The notes: generated by a model not told the origin, from the letters alone. A stretch of DNA of 60,403 nt, filler included, from Sluysia triapertura (GCA_046118255.1; 4 parts of 4 records of this genome joined end to end with filler, not necessarily neighbours in it); one strand, 5' to 3'. Positions 28,331 through 43,170 are shown, counted from the whole stretch's first letter. Numbers and translations: made by a program.

Positions 28331-29934
28331 TAAACACAAACATTAAATATATAAATGTAAAAAAATTTGAAAAAACGCTATCAATACATTGTTTTTACAA
28401 AAATTCCACGTTATTTATTATCTTATAATAATAAAACTTAGATAATTTAGATAAATTGAATAACGTCATACAATTTTAATAATAACAATTTCATATTTTA
28501 TTTTTAATAATTTTCCTGAACACAAGATCATAAATTTTAGAACCTATATGATAAAGCCATAAGCGCCATTTCAGAAATTAGCAAACAATGAATAAAATAA
28601 AACAGATTCATAAAAAATAAACTTTAAACTTACTTTTGATTAATATAACACAACTCTGTCATAATTGCATTTACCATTTCTTTAGGTGTTAATTCTAAAT
28701 TACAAATAAATAATTAATTAATAAAAATTAATTTTTCTAATAATTAAGATAAATTTGTTGTGCTTTTTTTTATTTTTAAATTAACAACAATAAATATGCG
28801 ACACAATCTCAATATATTTTAACTTTATCACAAAGTATATATATAAAACAATATAAATCAAATCCTTTTATAAATCAATCTCAAAATAATTCAGTAAAAA
28901 TATAAATCAACTATCATACTCAATTCCAGACGTATAAAAGTTAGTACAGAAATTAAAATTTAAGGCGCAACTAAGATAAAGAACTATAAGATTCAATCAG
29001 TATTTGTCACTAGTGTATTGTATCTGAGTTTTGATAGCAAAAGGTGGTGTTTAGATAATTGTTAGAAAGTCAGGTATTCGACTTGACATTCCGTACGAAT
29101 TTAAAAAAATGTTAAACTAATAATATAAATAAATACATCGGTCTACTATATCAAAAGTCAAAACAATTTTCAAGCAATATAGGCTTATTTCTTTTGTGCC
29201 GATCAATTTTATTAATCAAATTTGAACATTAATTTCCGTTTTAATATTATCTATCAATTATTATCTTTTCAAAATAATGAAATTAAAATTTAACATAATT
29301 ATTGATACAATACGCAACACGTTAAGGGTACCTCACACATCAATTTCAATAGCACGTATAAAACAATCTCTTAATGAGCATTAATTTGATACATACTTTT
29401 ACTGCGTAACTTCATTATAACACATAAATTAATTAATTATTGAAGAAAATGAACTAATGATTTTACGTTATCTACGTTGACGTCTTTGGCACTAATAAAT
29501 ATCATACACACAAAGTTGAGCAAAGATGATTTTCAAACAATTTTAATTAAATTAATTAATAAATGTATTTATAAAATTTTTGTAAAACTTGAGAAAATGT
29601 TGATCTGTTCATCTTCAAGCTACTACACCTTTACATTCACCGTATCCTCTAACAAATTCAATATTATATTATAAAATTAAATAACATATTATATTTTTAA
29701 AATATTAACAATTAAGTAATTTATATAAGCTGAAAAATACCTCTTTATGTGAGTACAAAAAGAAATTTATGATATTTATTCTTGTGTATGTTTTATCGTT
29801 CGCCATTTGCTACATATGAAAAATTGACCAATTCGATATAAATTATTTTCGAATTCTTCATTTTTATGAAGTTAAGTTATAGAAAATAAGTAAAAAAATT
29901 TGAAATTTTGCGTAAAATTACATCTTTAATTATA

Positions 29935-30342
29935 GGGTTATTCGATCAATTAAATAATCTTTGTAATCAATTAAATAAATTATGTAAAAAAATGAATTTA
30001 AATTAAATAAATTAGCCTAAAAAATGGAAGTTAGACAATCTATGTCATGTCACAAACACAAACAACGATCAAACTACCATATAAAAGAAAAAATTACTGT
30101 TTCAGCCGATGACAGGAAAAGAATAATCCATAAGGATATTATACTAAGTCAGTTTGATTTACGGTAAACCTTACCAAAAGTTTTTTTAATGATAATGAAC
30201 ATTCTTGATTCACTTTTGTTAATATTTGCTCTTTCATTTTGAGCGTAAGTTTAGATCTTCTATTACCTCCACATTTTTCCGGTTGTATCAAGTCCATTTT
30301 TAAATATTGTACTGTTGTACTATTAAAATTACTTATGATCAA
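29935..30342. mobile_element. Tc1/IS630-like transposon 5' remnant with an internal inversion
   Basis: TA|GGGTTATTCGATC resembles the TIR of 55664-56241. Plus strand reads VSADDRKRIIH. Minus strand reads KCGGNRRSKLT...ILTKVNQECSLSLKKL (winged-HTH region). Confidence 0.6.
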
Positions 30343-30344
30343 TG

Positions 30345-31274
30345 TGGATCTTTTTACCGGAAAATGCTTGGTTACATGAACAGGAAGTTATTGTGGAATA
30401 AATCGGTTGATTTAGTTTTATAAAATGGCTTGATTAATATTTAAAAGAAAGAAGGGAATATGTTTTATTGAATAATGTGCAGTCAAATGAGGTATATGTG
30501 AAGCTTGGAGTTCCTCAAGGATCAATACCTAGTCTATTATTGCTTATAATATAATATCAATGATGTTTCAAGTGTAATCGAATCATAACTTTTTAAATAC
30601 CATGTATATGTTGATGACGTGCAAATATATACTGAATTTGAAATGAACTTAGAAAATACTAATCAAAGAACAGAAGAACTAGATAAACCTAGATAAAAAG
30701 GTTTGGAAATAAAAGTTAGAATTTCAGTAATAAAAATAGCGACAATACCAAAATTAATGAAGCAAAGTTTATTGTAGGTGGCAAGACACTAGATGCGAAG
30801 CAAAAAGTACAAAATATAGGTTGTTACATTGATTCAAAAATGAACATGGAAGAAAATAATAATTGTATTGTTAAAAAATGTAAATACCAATTAAATAAAA
30901 TATCATATATTCGAAAATTTATTAATAAAGAAACAGCTAAACTTATTGTTCACTCATGGATAACTAGCAACATAGATTTTAACAATGGTATATTGTACTC
31001 AATATCATATAGAAAAGTGAAAAAAATTACAATTAATAATTAATCACGCAGCAAGATTAATTCTCTAAGTGGAAATTACATTGGTTACCAATAAAAGCAA
31101 GAATAAAATTCAAAATAATGACAATAATTTACAAATGCTCACATTACGGAAGTCCTCAATATATTCTAGAAACAATAAAAAATTTTGAAACCAAGACGAA
31201 TATTTCATTGAGACATAATAATAATCTATATAGAATTCACAGTGATAACAAGCTAGGTGATAGGTTGTATACTG
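30345..31274 (+). mobile_element. L2/CR1-clade LINE, degenerate RT and C-terminal domain
   Basis: GVPQGS (about 30507), YVDDVQIY (about 30607), TAKLIVHSWITSNIDFNNGILY and HWLP-like/IKFKIMTIIYKC motifs. Truncated by a gap. Confidence 0.9.
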
Positions 31275-31374
31275 NNNNNNNNNNNNNNNNNNNNNNNNNN
31301 NNNNNNNNNNNNNNNNNNTTAATTAATTAANNNNNNNNNNNNNNNNNNNNNNNNNNNNNNNNNNNNNNNNNNNN
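31275..31374. other. Assembly gap with TTAATTAATTAA linker
   Basis: Same 100-nt construct as 20287. Confidence 0.97.
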
Positions 31375-31894
31375 TGATTATACTAATGCAAACCAGAATG
31401 AATTTTATCTCTTGTATTCAACACCAAACTGTTATATTTATTATATATATTATATATGTTTAATAAGTCTTGTAATACAATTAAATTTGATCATGTGTTA
31501 TTTTTCAATTGTTTTGGGCCTTAAGCCCTTGTTTGTTAATTTAATAATTAAGTTAATGAATTTTTTTTGTTAAGAATAATTTTTAATAAATTAGAAAATA
31601 AAATAAAAATTGTTAAGCCCTCCACACTTCATATACCATATTAAATTTTGACTACTAAATATTTGTGGTTGTTTTTATTTCACATATTTAAAAAAAATGG
31701 GTTGATATTAGAGCCCGTGAAATTAGATGAAACATTTAAATATGAGAAGGTAATCTTTAAAATAATTCGCATAAATTAGAATCAAGTATTCTTCTAACAG
31801 AAAGTTTTGAAAATTTCGACCTCTATCCTGAACAACAAAGACAATTTAATTAATTAATATAATACTTATAAGTTAAGAAGAAAATTAAAAGATA

Positions 31895-32145
31895 TACTTG
31901 GGTTTAGTTGAAATACTAAATGAGTAATAATTTTTAAGCGTAGTATTGTAGGAATATCATTAAAGAAATCTAAGTTATTAAGTAGAAAGTAATTTGGATT
32001 GTTAATAAAGGATAAACGTCCATTACAAGGTTATACTAGATCTTAAAAATATAAGGTAACATTCAAACACCTTTAAATTTTACGCAAGTCCAATAAATTT
32101 ATTAAAGAGGCAAAACATAACACATAATTTTGAAGAGTTAACTAT
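31895..32145 (-). mobile_element. LINE ORF2 C-terminal fragment, homologous to 18710-18960
   Basis: Direct sequence similarity between the two copies. Confidence 0.55.
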
Positions 32146-33464
32146 TGATTAAAGAAGGTTCACTAGTCTTTATACCAGAGCATTTAGTTTTCAAAGCAAA
32201 ATTTTTACTTTATTGTAAGGATTATTATCGTTATTATGGTCGCTGTTGTTGAAATTTGTTAAATTTTGAGTTGTGTTGCGTTTTGGTGTTTCAGATTTTA
32301 GTAGATTATTTGTTGATTTTTTAATAAATGTGTTAGGTTAAGTTGAAGTCACTCTATGTATTTGTTTATTATAATGATGTTGTGTGATTGGAATCACCAC
32401 AACACTATTTGATAATTTATTTTATATTTTAATAGCGCAAAAAGTTTAGTTTTCAAGTAAAAACTCGTAATTTATAAGGAATTAAAAATCCAAGCCTGTA
32501 ACATAAACCGCACTTTTATTTATGCTAAGAAAAAGACAAGTTAAAAGTACTTACGATGCCACATAATTCACAATCAGTCGAAATTTAAAAAGCGATATCA
32601 ACCAGACTTGCAAATAAAATAAAGTGAGTAAATATAACTGAAGATCAAATTTTAAAATCTTTTAAGTAACCAACAAATAATTATTACATTATAAATATAA
32701 CAAAAGTTGTTTTTATAAGTTTGATATCGGTATTATTTATTATAAGGTTGTATTTATAAGAGGATGCATTGTAATATAGAATACGAATCAGATGGACTGG
32801 TGAAACTCAAAGAAAAACAAAAGTAATGCGGAATTCTCTTAAACTCTTTTGCATATAAGTAGTAGTAATGAAGATGTGCTATTATTTTTACGACGTTTAG
32901 GAGTTAAAGTGTCAGACTAGATACATATGAGCAAAAATGCATGTCAGTGACATTGTTGCTTGACTTAGAAGTAGTAGATCATAAAACTGTAAATCTACAA
33001 TGTTAGTTTTATCGTTTAGTATCAACAAGAAAACAAAAATGTATTATCTACGATTGACAATTTAAAGTTATTCCTTCTTTTGTAATTTTGTGATGTTTCA
33101 TGATTACAACGTAGCACATGACTTTGCTTCTCCTAGGAATACATATTCAGTATATTCCGGTAAACCAAACATATGAAATGTAAGTAATAGGTCATATATA
33201 TATATGTATGTATGTATGTATATATTGATCGTGTGCATCTTCACAGACTTTAAAACGCGATTTTATCTCAAGTAAATTAGATTGAGAAGAAATTATTTTT
33301 CTGGCTATATTATTCATGTTAAAAATATCTATAAAATGGAGAGACAATAAATACTCTATTATCCCCGATAAATTTAAATTTAATGATACGTAATTTCGCT
33401 ACTATACGTAATTGTTGACTACTATAATTCAATGTTTAAATAACATAAATAATAACTAAAATGA

Positions 33465-33465
<1 letters not shown>

Positions 33466-33529
<64 letters not shown>
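33466..33529. repeat. (AAT)n microsatellite
   Basis: Perfect run. Confidence 0.95.
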
Positions 33530-33530
<1 letters not shown>

Positions 33531-34610
33531 GGTAATAATTATAATAGTATAATAGTGATGTAATAATAATAACTATAAAATATTGATAACTTATTACCTA
33601 TCCGCAAATAATAGTAAAAATTTAGAAAAATAATAAAAAGTAATAATAATAGTAATAATAATAAGAATGCTAGTACGATTCAATGATTCATTAAGAAAAT
33701 TTAGCAAGAAATTATTTTATTGTCTAATCTATGCTAAATATGAATTTTGTTTATTATAACGTGTATGTCATTGATTTGTATATTAGTGAATGGTCTATAA
33801 CAAATCGGTTTAGTGCTTCAATCGCAACAAAAAATCACTTGCTGTATTACATTTATTACATTTATAAACAGTAAAAATTTAGCAAAGTTGCTACTGATAT
33901 CTGGCAATATGGTGGTTAAAAATTAATGAACTTTTTAATTGTGTTGATACAACAAAAAGATCTATTCCTTTCTTCAAATATAATGCTACGTATTTACGTT
34001 TTGGAGAAACGTTTTGGCGTTTCGACTTTTTAGCATTTAATTATCCATTAAGTTTACATAAAAATTAATTCTTTTAATTGATGTACATGTATAATTAACA
34101 AACTTTAAATGATCATTAATCTGGAATCCATACATAAATTTATAGGTTGTAAAACCTATAGAAAGATAACTTCTATTTTTATGCTCTATTTTGGAAAAAA
34201 CGAATATATACCACGACATTGATATTACTTATTTTAAAATAACATAAATTAAATGTAATTTTGATATTGGGGAAAACAGAAGAAAAGGACAAAAACAATA
34301 ATATATAAAAATAACAATTTAAACTACACTGACATAGTAATAGCAATTTTAGGAATAGTATTAAATGTCAGTGTATATCTGTGTGTAATTCTTGAAATGT
34401 ACATTGTTAACTGTTATTGTGAAGATATGTTGAATTTGTGTTGTTATGTCGCGTGAAGATTGTTTCTATTCTATGTATGTTATTTGTTGATTTGATGTTT
34501 TGTTTTGGATTGTGTTGATGTTTGTCTATGATCGTGTTTATAATAATGTTGAGACACAGGTGCTATTTAGAATAATGATTTATTTATTTAATAAAATAAA
34601 ATTGTTAGAC

Positions 34611-34960
34611 AGGGCTGCTAGGTTAAAACTCCCATAGACCTAAAGAAAAAATTCTAAATAGCCCGAACCACCAATATTGCGAAGTATTCTTATCTACAGG
34701 GCAAACTGAAGTGCAAGGTGTCTCTGGATACATTCGTCGTTGGAGCCTTGGACTCATGGAATTTCGAGAATGACAAGCTTCTCAGGGCACTTGGCTTCCA
34801 CAAGACTTAAATCAACACTCTGGTACGACTAGCTGTGGAGTCCTCGAATAATGCATATCGCAACCATGTCCTACGAGGTCCCTGCATAGAAGAAAGAAGA
34901 TTACCTTCATTCTCTAGAAAAAAAGAAAGAAGAGACTAAAACTATTATATTAATACATGT
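34611..34960 (+). mobile_element. 3' fragment of an RLE non-LTR retrotransposon (NeSL/Utopia type, R2 superfamily)
   Basis: ARTTNIAKYSYLQGKLKCKVSLDTFVVGALDSWNFENDKLLRALGF from 34661 matches the RLE motif AR..K..KY..L....V...FVVG.LGSW...ND..L..LG. GC-rich relative to flanks. Confidence 0.8.
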
Positions 34961-34968
34961 TTTTTAAT

Positions 34969-35033
34969 CAGCGAACTACACAATTGGGAGGCGAGAGGTC
35001 CCGGGTTCGATTCCCGGTAGGTCCATTTAATGA
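34969..35033 (+). mobile_element. 3' half of a tRNA-like (SINE-head or pseudo-tRNA) repeat
   Basis: B box GGTTCGATTCC. cgaactac...gcgagaggt...gtccattt(a/t)atgaa is shared with the minus-strand copy at 51886-51966. Confidence 0.75.
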
Positions 35034-35676
35034 AGTTTAACAATAAATGTGTTATATTTATTGTTAAATATAAAATTATATTATATTTATATTATATTAT
35101 AAAATTATCGATTATATTATAAATTATCGACATAGTGAAAAATCTTGTGCGATGGCTACTATAAATATAATAAGATACTTAAAATCCGGTATGCATTGTA
35201 ATATTAGTCTTAAGCAAACTATTGTAAATATTTTAAGCGTATGCTAGAATGTTAAATATTATGAATTCACTTGAGCATTTAAAAGTCTAGTTGCCAGGAC
35301 AAGAGTCCCTGATGATAAAAACATAACTTTTATTCATAAGTTTAAGAATGGGTTACATCTCGAATTAAGAATTTATGTTGATCTGATTGGTAATCAACGA
35401 TTTAATTAAGTAAAGAGGTATTGAGAAATCTCAAATTAAAGAATGAGATAATATAAGTTATATAAGTGATAATGAAAATAATTTTAAGAGATTAAAGTCA
35501 AGATATAACATAAGACATGATTTTACAATGATTGTAGAAGAAATAATAAAGAAATGCAAGCAATGTTAATCCAATGAGAAACACAAATTGTAATGTGAAC
35601 TGTGTGTGTGATTAATGAGAATCTATTTCTACAAGTTGTGTTTCAAATAAGTTAGTTAAAAAGCAGTTTTACTAAC

Positions 35677-35863
35677 GGTTTATCGGATGTAACATTGAGG
35701 TTGAATTGCCGTATTAAATTTGAATCAATAGGTTTGTAGTTAACATTCCATTCCAATGTTGGTAAAGGATTTCCTCCACCTTGACAAAAAACTTTGATAG
35801 AAGAACCTTCGGTAACCGAAACCAAGCCCGTGGGATGTAGTGGAAGAATGGTTACTGGCGAAG
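35677..35863 (-). CDS. Immunoglobulin-like domain exon of a cell-surface protein
   Basis: Phase-1 acceptor ATTTAG| and donor |GTTAGT. VSVTEGSSIKVFCQGGGNPLPTLEW is a classic Ig A'-B-C strand motif. Confidence 0.8.
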
Positions 35864-36089
35864 CTAAATCACACAAAAAATAATAATTAAATTATAACTA
35901 AATTAAATTAATATATATTTAAATGATATATTTTCATTACACAAAATACATGAATGTTCTGCAATATTGTTACATTGTTTAGTTAACTGGAATATATTTA
36001 CACATTCATGATAGTATGTTTGTGTTATAAATAAATAATTAATTAATTGTTGTTCATGCGTTTTATGGATGTAGAGTTGGCATTATTTA

Positions 36090-36780
36090 TTAGAAATTGT
36101 GTTATATATAATAAATATGGACGGAATTGAAAGATATTGAAACTCTTTGAAGGTCAGTTTATTTCGATATCCTAAATGATGTATAATAATTATTTTATCA
36201 CTATAAAAAGCTTTAAATATCCTCTGATTATCACTCTCCCTCACTAAACAAAAATCACAACGTGGAAATGGGTTTATTACAAAAGCACAATTAATCAAAC
36301 CAAACATTTATATTTTGTAAAAATTCCAATTTAAAATTCAGATTAGATTTATTATTGTTTACTGAATAACTGCACATTCGGTGGATAAAGCGATTTCAAA
36401 CTATCACGGTGACACATAATATAAAACTAGGATTCTTTTGCACATCAAACATCGTCTTATACTAGTTCCATAACATCTCAAAGATAATTAATTAGAACAT
36501 TTTCATCAATTAACTTTCAATTCATACTTCCAATCACGCAAACTTAAACTTTTAATGTTACAATCACAAATAAGAATTAAAAATTCTTAAAACTTTTATC
36601 CAATGACAATACACTTTTTCAAATACATTATAATCTTTCATTTATTTTACATTCTCTTGTAGCTGATTGTATATCTTTTAAACACTACACACTTTTGATT
36701 TCCATATCTTATACCTTAAAGGTATTCATTTGTGCTTTCCGAGGAATATTCAGTACTTTTTAACTTATTCAATTATAAAT
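36090..36780 (-). mobile_element. Decayed DNA-transposon coding remnants (pogo/Tigger-like and possibly hAT-like)
   Basis: MKDYNVFEKVYCHWIKVLR resembles a CENP-B HTH. PFPRCDFC...HH resembles a BED/Buster-like N-terminus. Confidence 0.3.
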
Positions 36781-36838
36781 TATCATGATTGTGAACTTTA
36801 CTTTTAATTCATTGTAAAATTAATATAAATTTAAAATT

Positions 36839-36884
<46 letters not shown>

Positions 36885-36912
36885 CATAACAAAAATATTA
36901 ACAAATGAATAA

Positions 36913-37043
36913 NNNNNNNNNNNNNNNNNNNNNNNNNNNNNNNNNNNNNNNNNNNNNNNNNNNNNNNNNNNNNNNNNNNNNNNNNNNNNNNNNNNNNNNN
37001 NNNNNNNNNNNNNNNNNNNNNNNNNNNNNNNNNNNNNNNNNNN
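36913..37043. other. Assembly gap
   Basis: Run of N. Confidence 0.98.
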
Positions 37044-38200
37044 TTATATTAAACGTAATTTTAGATTTATTTTATTCAAAATTATAAAAAATTTAATAAT
37101 TCAATTGAAATAATGTCTACAAATTCAATTATATTTTAGAATAAAGAAAAATTACAAATAATAATACATAAAAAAATTAAATCATTATTATTTTACCAAT
37201 ACATGTTATTATGAAAAGTTTGCGACTTGATGAGAAAACAAAATTATAATATAAAAATAAAACATATTTTAAATATTTTATCGACAACGATTCATACAAA
37301 AACAGCTGGCCAAACTTGAGGTAGTATTTTACAAAGAATTTTACAGTTTTTTTGTATTTAATTCCTCTATCTAAAAATGGCTTTCCTTTCAGAAATATAT
37401 ATTCAAATGAGAGAAAAGATAGAAGTCACTTAGAGAGAAATTTGATATATAAGGAGAATGGAAAGATAATAAATCCATTTTCTTCACTTATCTCATGAGT
37501 AATGTAACAGTTTCCTCTTTTTAATATAAACCTGAATATTACTTTGTCTCATGCAAATTCGGCATTATAGTATTCTTTTCTATGATTAAACATAATAGTT
37601 GTTAAAAATCAGGATAAATCGACCAGTACTTACATAAACGAAGATTTTTATACGCACTAAGTCCTAGAGATATTTGAATTTTTTAGTAACAAAAAAATTT
37701 TAAAACATTTCTGATAAATGTAAATTTATAGCTGAAAGTCTGCTGGTCAAATATTCTTCTTAAAATCATTTATCCAAGATTCATTAAAGAGCTGTTGTTG
37801 AATTTCGTGTTACCAACTATCTTATTTATACTTTAATTTTATAATATTAAAATTAAGTTCTGCAAAATATTTATTGTAAAATATAAATATTTACTTTTAA
37901 ATTGCGTTTAATAAAACTTTTTAGTCTTACAAGTATTCATTACTTTTATTTATTAATTGTTAATTTATTAATTAACTTATCATTAATGTCATCCAGTAAC
38001 AAAACTATTACTTACACCACTTACATTAAAATCTGCACTTAAAATCTTTCAATTTTTAACAATAACCTTGTGCGGTTCTACTAACTACATTGAAATTGTA
38101 AATGAATATTTCACACAAATCTGTGTTACTACTTGTAATCGACCAAAATCTGTAGTCAATAATTTTAAACATTTGAAGCAGTGTACGTAAAACTTACATA

Positions 38201-38570
38201 CTGTAAAATCACGAGCATAAGCTGCAGCTAATACATACACAAAGGCAACATTTTTGAATTGCAGCTAATATGATGTGCATCTTATACAACTAAAAAACAA
38301 TTCAAATTGAAGATAAGATTATTTATTTGCTGAACTAAAAGATCTTCGTTGTTTATTTTGTTTTTGTTCAGAATCGTTATCCATTTTAATCAAGGATTCA
38401 AAACAAAATCGTTATTGTCATTGTGACATTTGTTTTTTAGTGATACGTTGCTGATTTTAAAATCATGTCATCAACGCAAATGGTGCAGCTAATACTTTCT
38501 GCAGCTTATACGACTAAAAAATACACTTCCGTAAAAACGTTCTCTGCAGCTTATGCTCGGGATTTTAGAG
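38201..38570. mobile_element. 370-bp MITE of the Tc1/mariner-pogo type
   Basis: TIRs CTGTAAAATCACGAGCATAAGCTGCAG and CTGCAGCTTATGCTCGGGATTTTAGAG match at 25/27. TA on both sides. Internal GCAGCT(A/T)AT subrepeats. Confidence 0.9.
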
Positions 38571-38599
38571 TAATATTTTCTTTGTTTTCCTCAATCTCT

Positions 38600-39000
38600 G
38601 AAGTCTTGCTGAAATAAAACTTTATTTCTGATGACTAATTCTGGATAATGACCATTCATCATAGTTTCGACTATTTTATTTGATCATAAATCAAGAATCA
38701 ATTAGAAATGTTCTGAATCTTTAAAATTACACCAATAACAATAACTTTAAAAAATCACATATTATTGAGATATTCCATCAAATATTTGCAAATCTGTTAT
38801 GTGCTTTTTCTTTGATTTTCATCCAAATCCTTTGTAACAGTTTGAGTCTTTCTTTGCTATTTCAAATTCAAAATAAGCTCGATCGAAAAATTTGAAATTT
38901 ACTTGAAATTGTTCGAACACTTTGTACAATATTTGTTTTGGGTTATAAATTCGTGATACTTGAACGACGATTTTATCTCTGTCTTTAAGCTCTAAACATC
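38600..39000 (-). mobile_element. Possible mariner transposase remnant
   Basis: LDENQRKST*QICKYLME resembles the L...QK..R...C..LL segment of mariner transposases. Confidence 0.3.
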
Positions 39001-42000
39001 AGTTAATAGACCATCTATATCAACGTTATATCATATAATTATATATACATGTGTTTTTGACTCTTTTGCTTAATTCACATGTTAAAATTTTTAATCTCTA
39101 TTGAATTAAAAATCTAAAAACTCAATAAAATTAAATAAAAAAGGTAAGTATCTTTAGAATGACAATAGGTTTAATATTTCTCATGTTTTGACGATTTAAA
39201 AATTATGTTACCCAAGGGTACATTACTTATAGGATAAACTAATAATTATATTACATGTATTTTAAATTGTTACAAAAATATTAAAAATTGTTGAATAATT
39301 TGTTGAATGAGTGGGCAAGATTTCTTATATCGCGAGTCAAAATAAATTTACGTTTTTCCGTGGGACGTAGAAATTAACTGACGTCTTCTTAGGCTGTAAT
39401 TTTTTGGTGAGAACACGAAATAAATAAAACGAAGTTTCATCTTCAATACTAAATCATGTTATATTATAATGTTCATTTCATATTCAATTTAAAATAGACG
39501 AATTTCTTCAATAAAATATTTATTTTTAATTGCTTCTAAAGATCTCGCGAGCTGGGCATTGCCCAACGTTGGAATAATTCATTATTATATGAATTTGGTT
39601 AATTTTGCAAACACTATACTGGAGTTTTGTTTAAACAACTGATTTGATTAAATGTTTTGATAAAAAGTTTTAAAAAATCAATGTAAACGTGTAATAATTT
39701 ATAATTTTCATTAATAAAAATTAATATAAGATAGTTGAAGTAATAAAATCATAAAATTGAAACCAAAACTACGAAATATAGTATGTTACATGGAAGAAAA
39801 TAGTATGTTTATTTAAACAGTGTAAACACCAATTAAAAATTGTGAAGAATTAGAAAAAGTATTTATACAGATATGGTAAAACATTGTATAAACATTGATA
39901 AATTATAATAAGTATTATAACAATAGTTTCTTATACTCAATTTCATGCAAAAATACGTAAAGGTACAATTAGTATTGAATCTATAAGTTACAATAACTTT
40001 TCAATTAAATATATCTCATGTAACATTATCTATAAAAGATTTTTAATTACAAAAATTAAAGCAAATCTAAGTGAAATCTAAAAACTTAAAATATATTTAA
40101 ACAATAACATACTTAAACATCCTGCTAATTAATAATAATTTGTGAATATTACAACGAAATGTGTTAAAAAAGTAAATCGAAAATATTGCAAAATTAAAAT
40201 TTAAAATTAATTTAAGATTACATAATTATAATTTATAAGTATATAAATTAATATACAAGTATTATTTTACTTGTTTGCACTATGATAATGATACATTATT
40301 TGACGTATGTTAACGATACATTATCAAATCATAAAAATCTCTTTTTCTTTGTTTTAATATTCAATTAAACGAAATTTTAAATAAATATGTAATGCCTCGA
40401 AACTAATAATCAAGTTTTTATTTACATATTCAACTTTTTATTTTCTTAACAAATAAATTTTATTTTTTCGAAAGTGAGTCAAATAATAAATATGATATAT
40501 AATTATATTGATTATTTTAAATAAAATAATGCCATTCTATTTCTCTGGCTTTTGTAAATTTTTCATCCGTTTTGAACTCATTTATTTATTTATTAATATG
40601 AAATAATATTACTAAAAACTTTTATTGCATGAAAAACTTTCTCTTATTTATGTTTGTTTACTGTTTATTTATATGTGCGAAAAATCTTTGGTAATATTTT
40701 AACTATCGAGTCTTTATTTGTGATCATTATAATTTATCATTATAACGTTTCATAATCGAATAAATAAAATTTCGTAAAATTTAAAATTAATTGTAAAACA
40801 TTTTAGAATATTCATATTATTTGAAGCACAAGTTACAAACTTTTTACACAAATTTTAAATTAAGATAAAATTTATTTGAGCTACTTACTACTATTTGTTG
40901 AAAACAATCTTATGTTTTACTTTAACATTTTTTCTCTCATCTTAGATTGTTCTAAACAAGGTTTGTTTTCTGCAGATTTATAGTAAATCTACAAAGTAAG
41001 TCAATTATGTTTGCCATATCAAAAAAGATTTAGATGGAAATGAGAAAGAGAAATAAACACTAATTCATAAAATGATTAAAAATTCAGTATTTTACTCTAC
41101 TTTATTATTCAACTGTAAATAAAACTATGAAAACAGATGCAACTGAAAACAAATTATACACTTCTTGTTACTTCTATTTAAATAAAAATTTATCGCAAAA
41201 ATATTTTTTCTTCGAACAATACAAAACAATATTAAAATTAACTATAGATGTAAATATAAAAATATATTTCAAAATTTTCAGTACACATTAGATTTATTAT
41301 TGTGATAGAATAAAATACAATTTAAAGCAATAGTGATATCATAAAATTGTATAAGAAGAGATATTCAAGGAAAGAGCCAATGAAATATAATAATTTCTTA
41401 ATGTGCAATTATGCGTGAGTTCTCAAAGCAAACTTGCAAATTTTAAAATCTATTAATTTTAAAAAAGAAAAACATAATATTAAAGGCAAACTCAAAAGCA
41501 AAAATGGATTTTTGTATAAAGTAAAATATTGAATCAATTGAATATTGTAACAATTGAATCTAAAATGTATAGAATTACATTATTTAAATAAAGTTGTACT
41601 TTTTATTCACAGATTTTGGAGTCACTCAAAATTGAAAATATCTTCAAAAATTTGCAAAATCGTTATTTATCTAATGAAATAATAAAAATTTATAATAAGT
41701 ACCATCTAATTACAAAATTATTTTTGACAAATTTATGCATTAAATTTGATATTTAGTGAATAAAAAAATATAGTATTTATATAGAATTTAATTTGTAAAC
41801 ATTATAAGTCGAACATTGCAAGGTTTTGTAAAGTTTTCAGTTAGAAAATTGATGATTAGCAAAGTAGAAATGTATCAAATTAGTCAATATTGTTTTCTAC
41901 TCTAATTTTCAAAATAAATTTAATTCTTTGAAAATCCATTTCGGCTAGGTCTACAAAACATAAAGTCTAGAGTTTCACATTCTTTAACTAAACTTTCTAT

Positions 42001-42705
42001 TTTCGCATTTTTATAAAATCAGTGATTATATCACAATCACTAATATCATTACTTATATCATTAATTAGAGGTTTGAGTAGAACAATGTGGATTTTCCAAC
42101 TTGTAATTAAGATGAGCTTGGTTATTGCCATCATTAGTTGATTTATTACTTTCTATATCTGTAAAGTTAATTAATAAGTTACCTTTCTTGGTTCTTTTAC
42201 AATTATTTTTCTGTTGTTTTAAAAAATACTCTAAAAATCCAGAACACTTTTACTATTCTTATTTTCGTCCGTAATAATAATCATCTAATAATTTACAAAT
42301 TTCCATAATTTTTAAAAATACATTATCTTTTTCATTCTCTTTGTATTTTCTACATTTAACGCCTGATTTTTATTTATAATGGTTTCAATACCGTTCGATG
42401 CGCACAATAAATTCTTCATTTTCAAAAAAAGCTTATGACAGTTTATGATAAATTGATTAGATTAGGCTCGTCCAGTAATACAATTTGATGGTCTGGACTA
42501 TTGTTTAATTCCGCTATAAAATTTTTTACGCTTATTAACTAAACTAATTTCTTTATTTGTTTTATCAGTCAGTATCAATATAATGTGATCAATTATATAT
42601 TTTGTCTGTCAAAGGATTATAAAATCAATGAATGAATAATTAGTTTAACTGGTTGTTTATTATTAAATTTTCGAATATTTTATATTTTCATTCATTATTA
42701 TTTAT

Positions 42706-43170
42706 ACTTTTGAAAAATACAATTAATATTTTTATCCATATTCATTTTTGAATCCATATAGTAGCCTATATTTCTTAATAACAACATAGATTTTAACAAT
42801 GATATATTGTACTCAATTTCACATAGAAAAGAGTCACATTGATTACCAGTAGAAGCAAGAGTAGAATTCAAAATCATTACAATAATTTATAAATGTTTTT
42901 ACTATGAAAGTCATAAATATTTGCTGGATATAATAAAAAATTAGGAAACTGAAATGAATACGTCATTACTTACACAGAATTCATAGTGATAGGTTATATA
43001 ATGTTTGTTTCAAAAATATACAACTAGCTACCGAGAATGTTAAATTACTGGAAGATTATGAAACATTTAAGAAAAGGCAAAGTTATTCCTGTTTCAAAAA
43101 AGTTATAATGTATGATTTATTTTAAGCGTTTTTGAGTACTTATTTTACAGTAGATATTAACTCAATATAA

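Noticed and set aside
35296-35340. Hammerhead-like GGAC-AAGA-GTCC-CTGATGA-stem
   Set aside because: No GAAA after the putative stem II and no NUH cleavage triplet or stem III.
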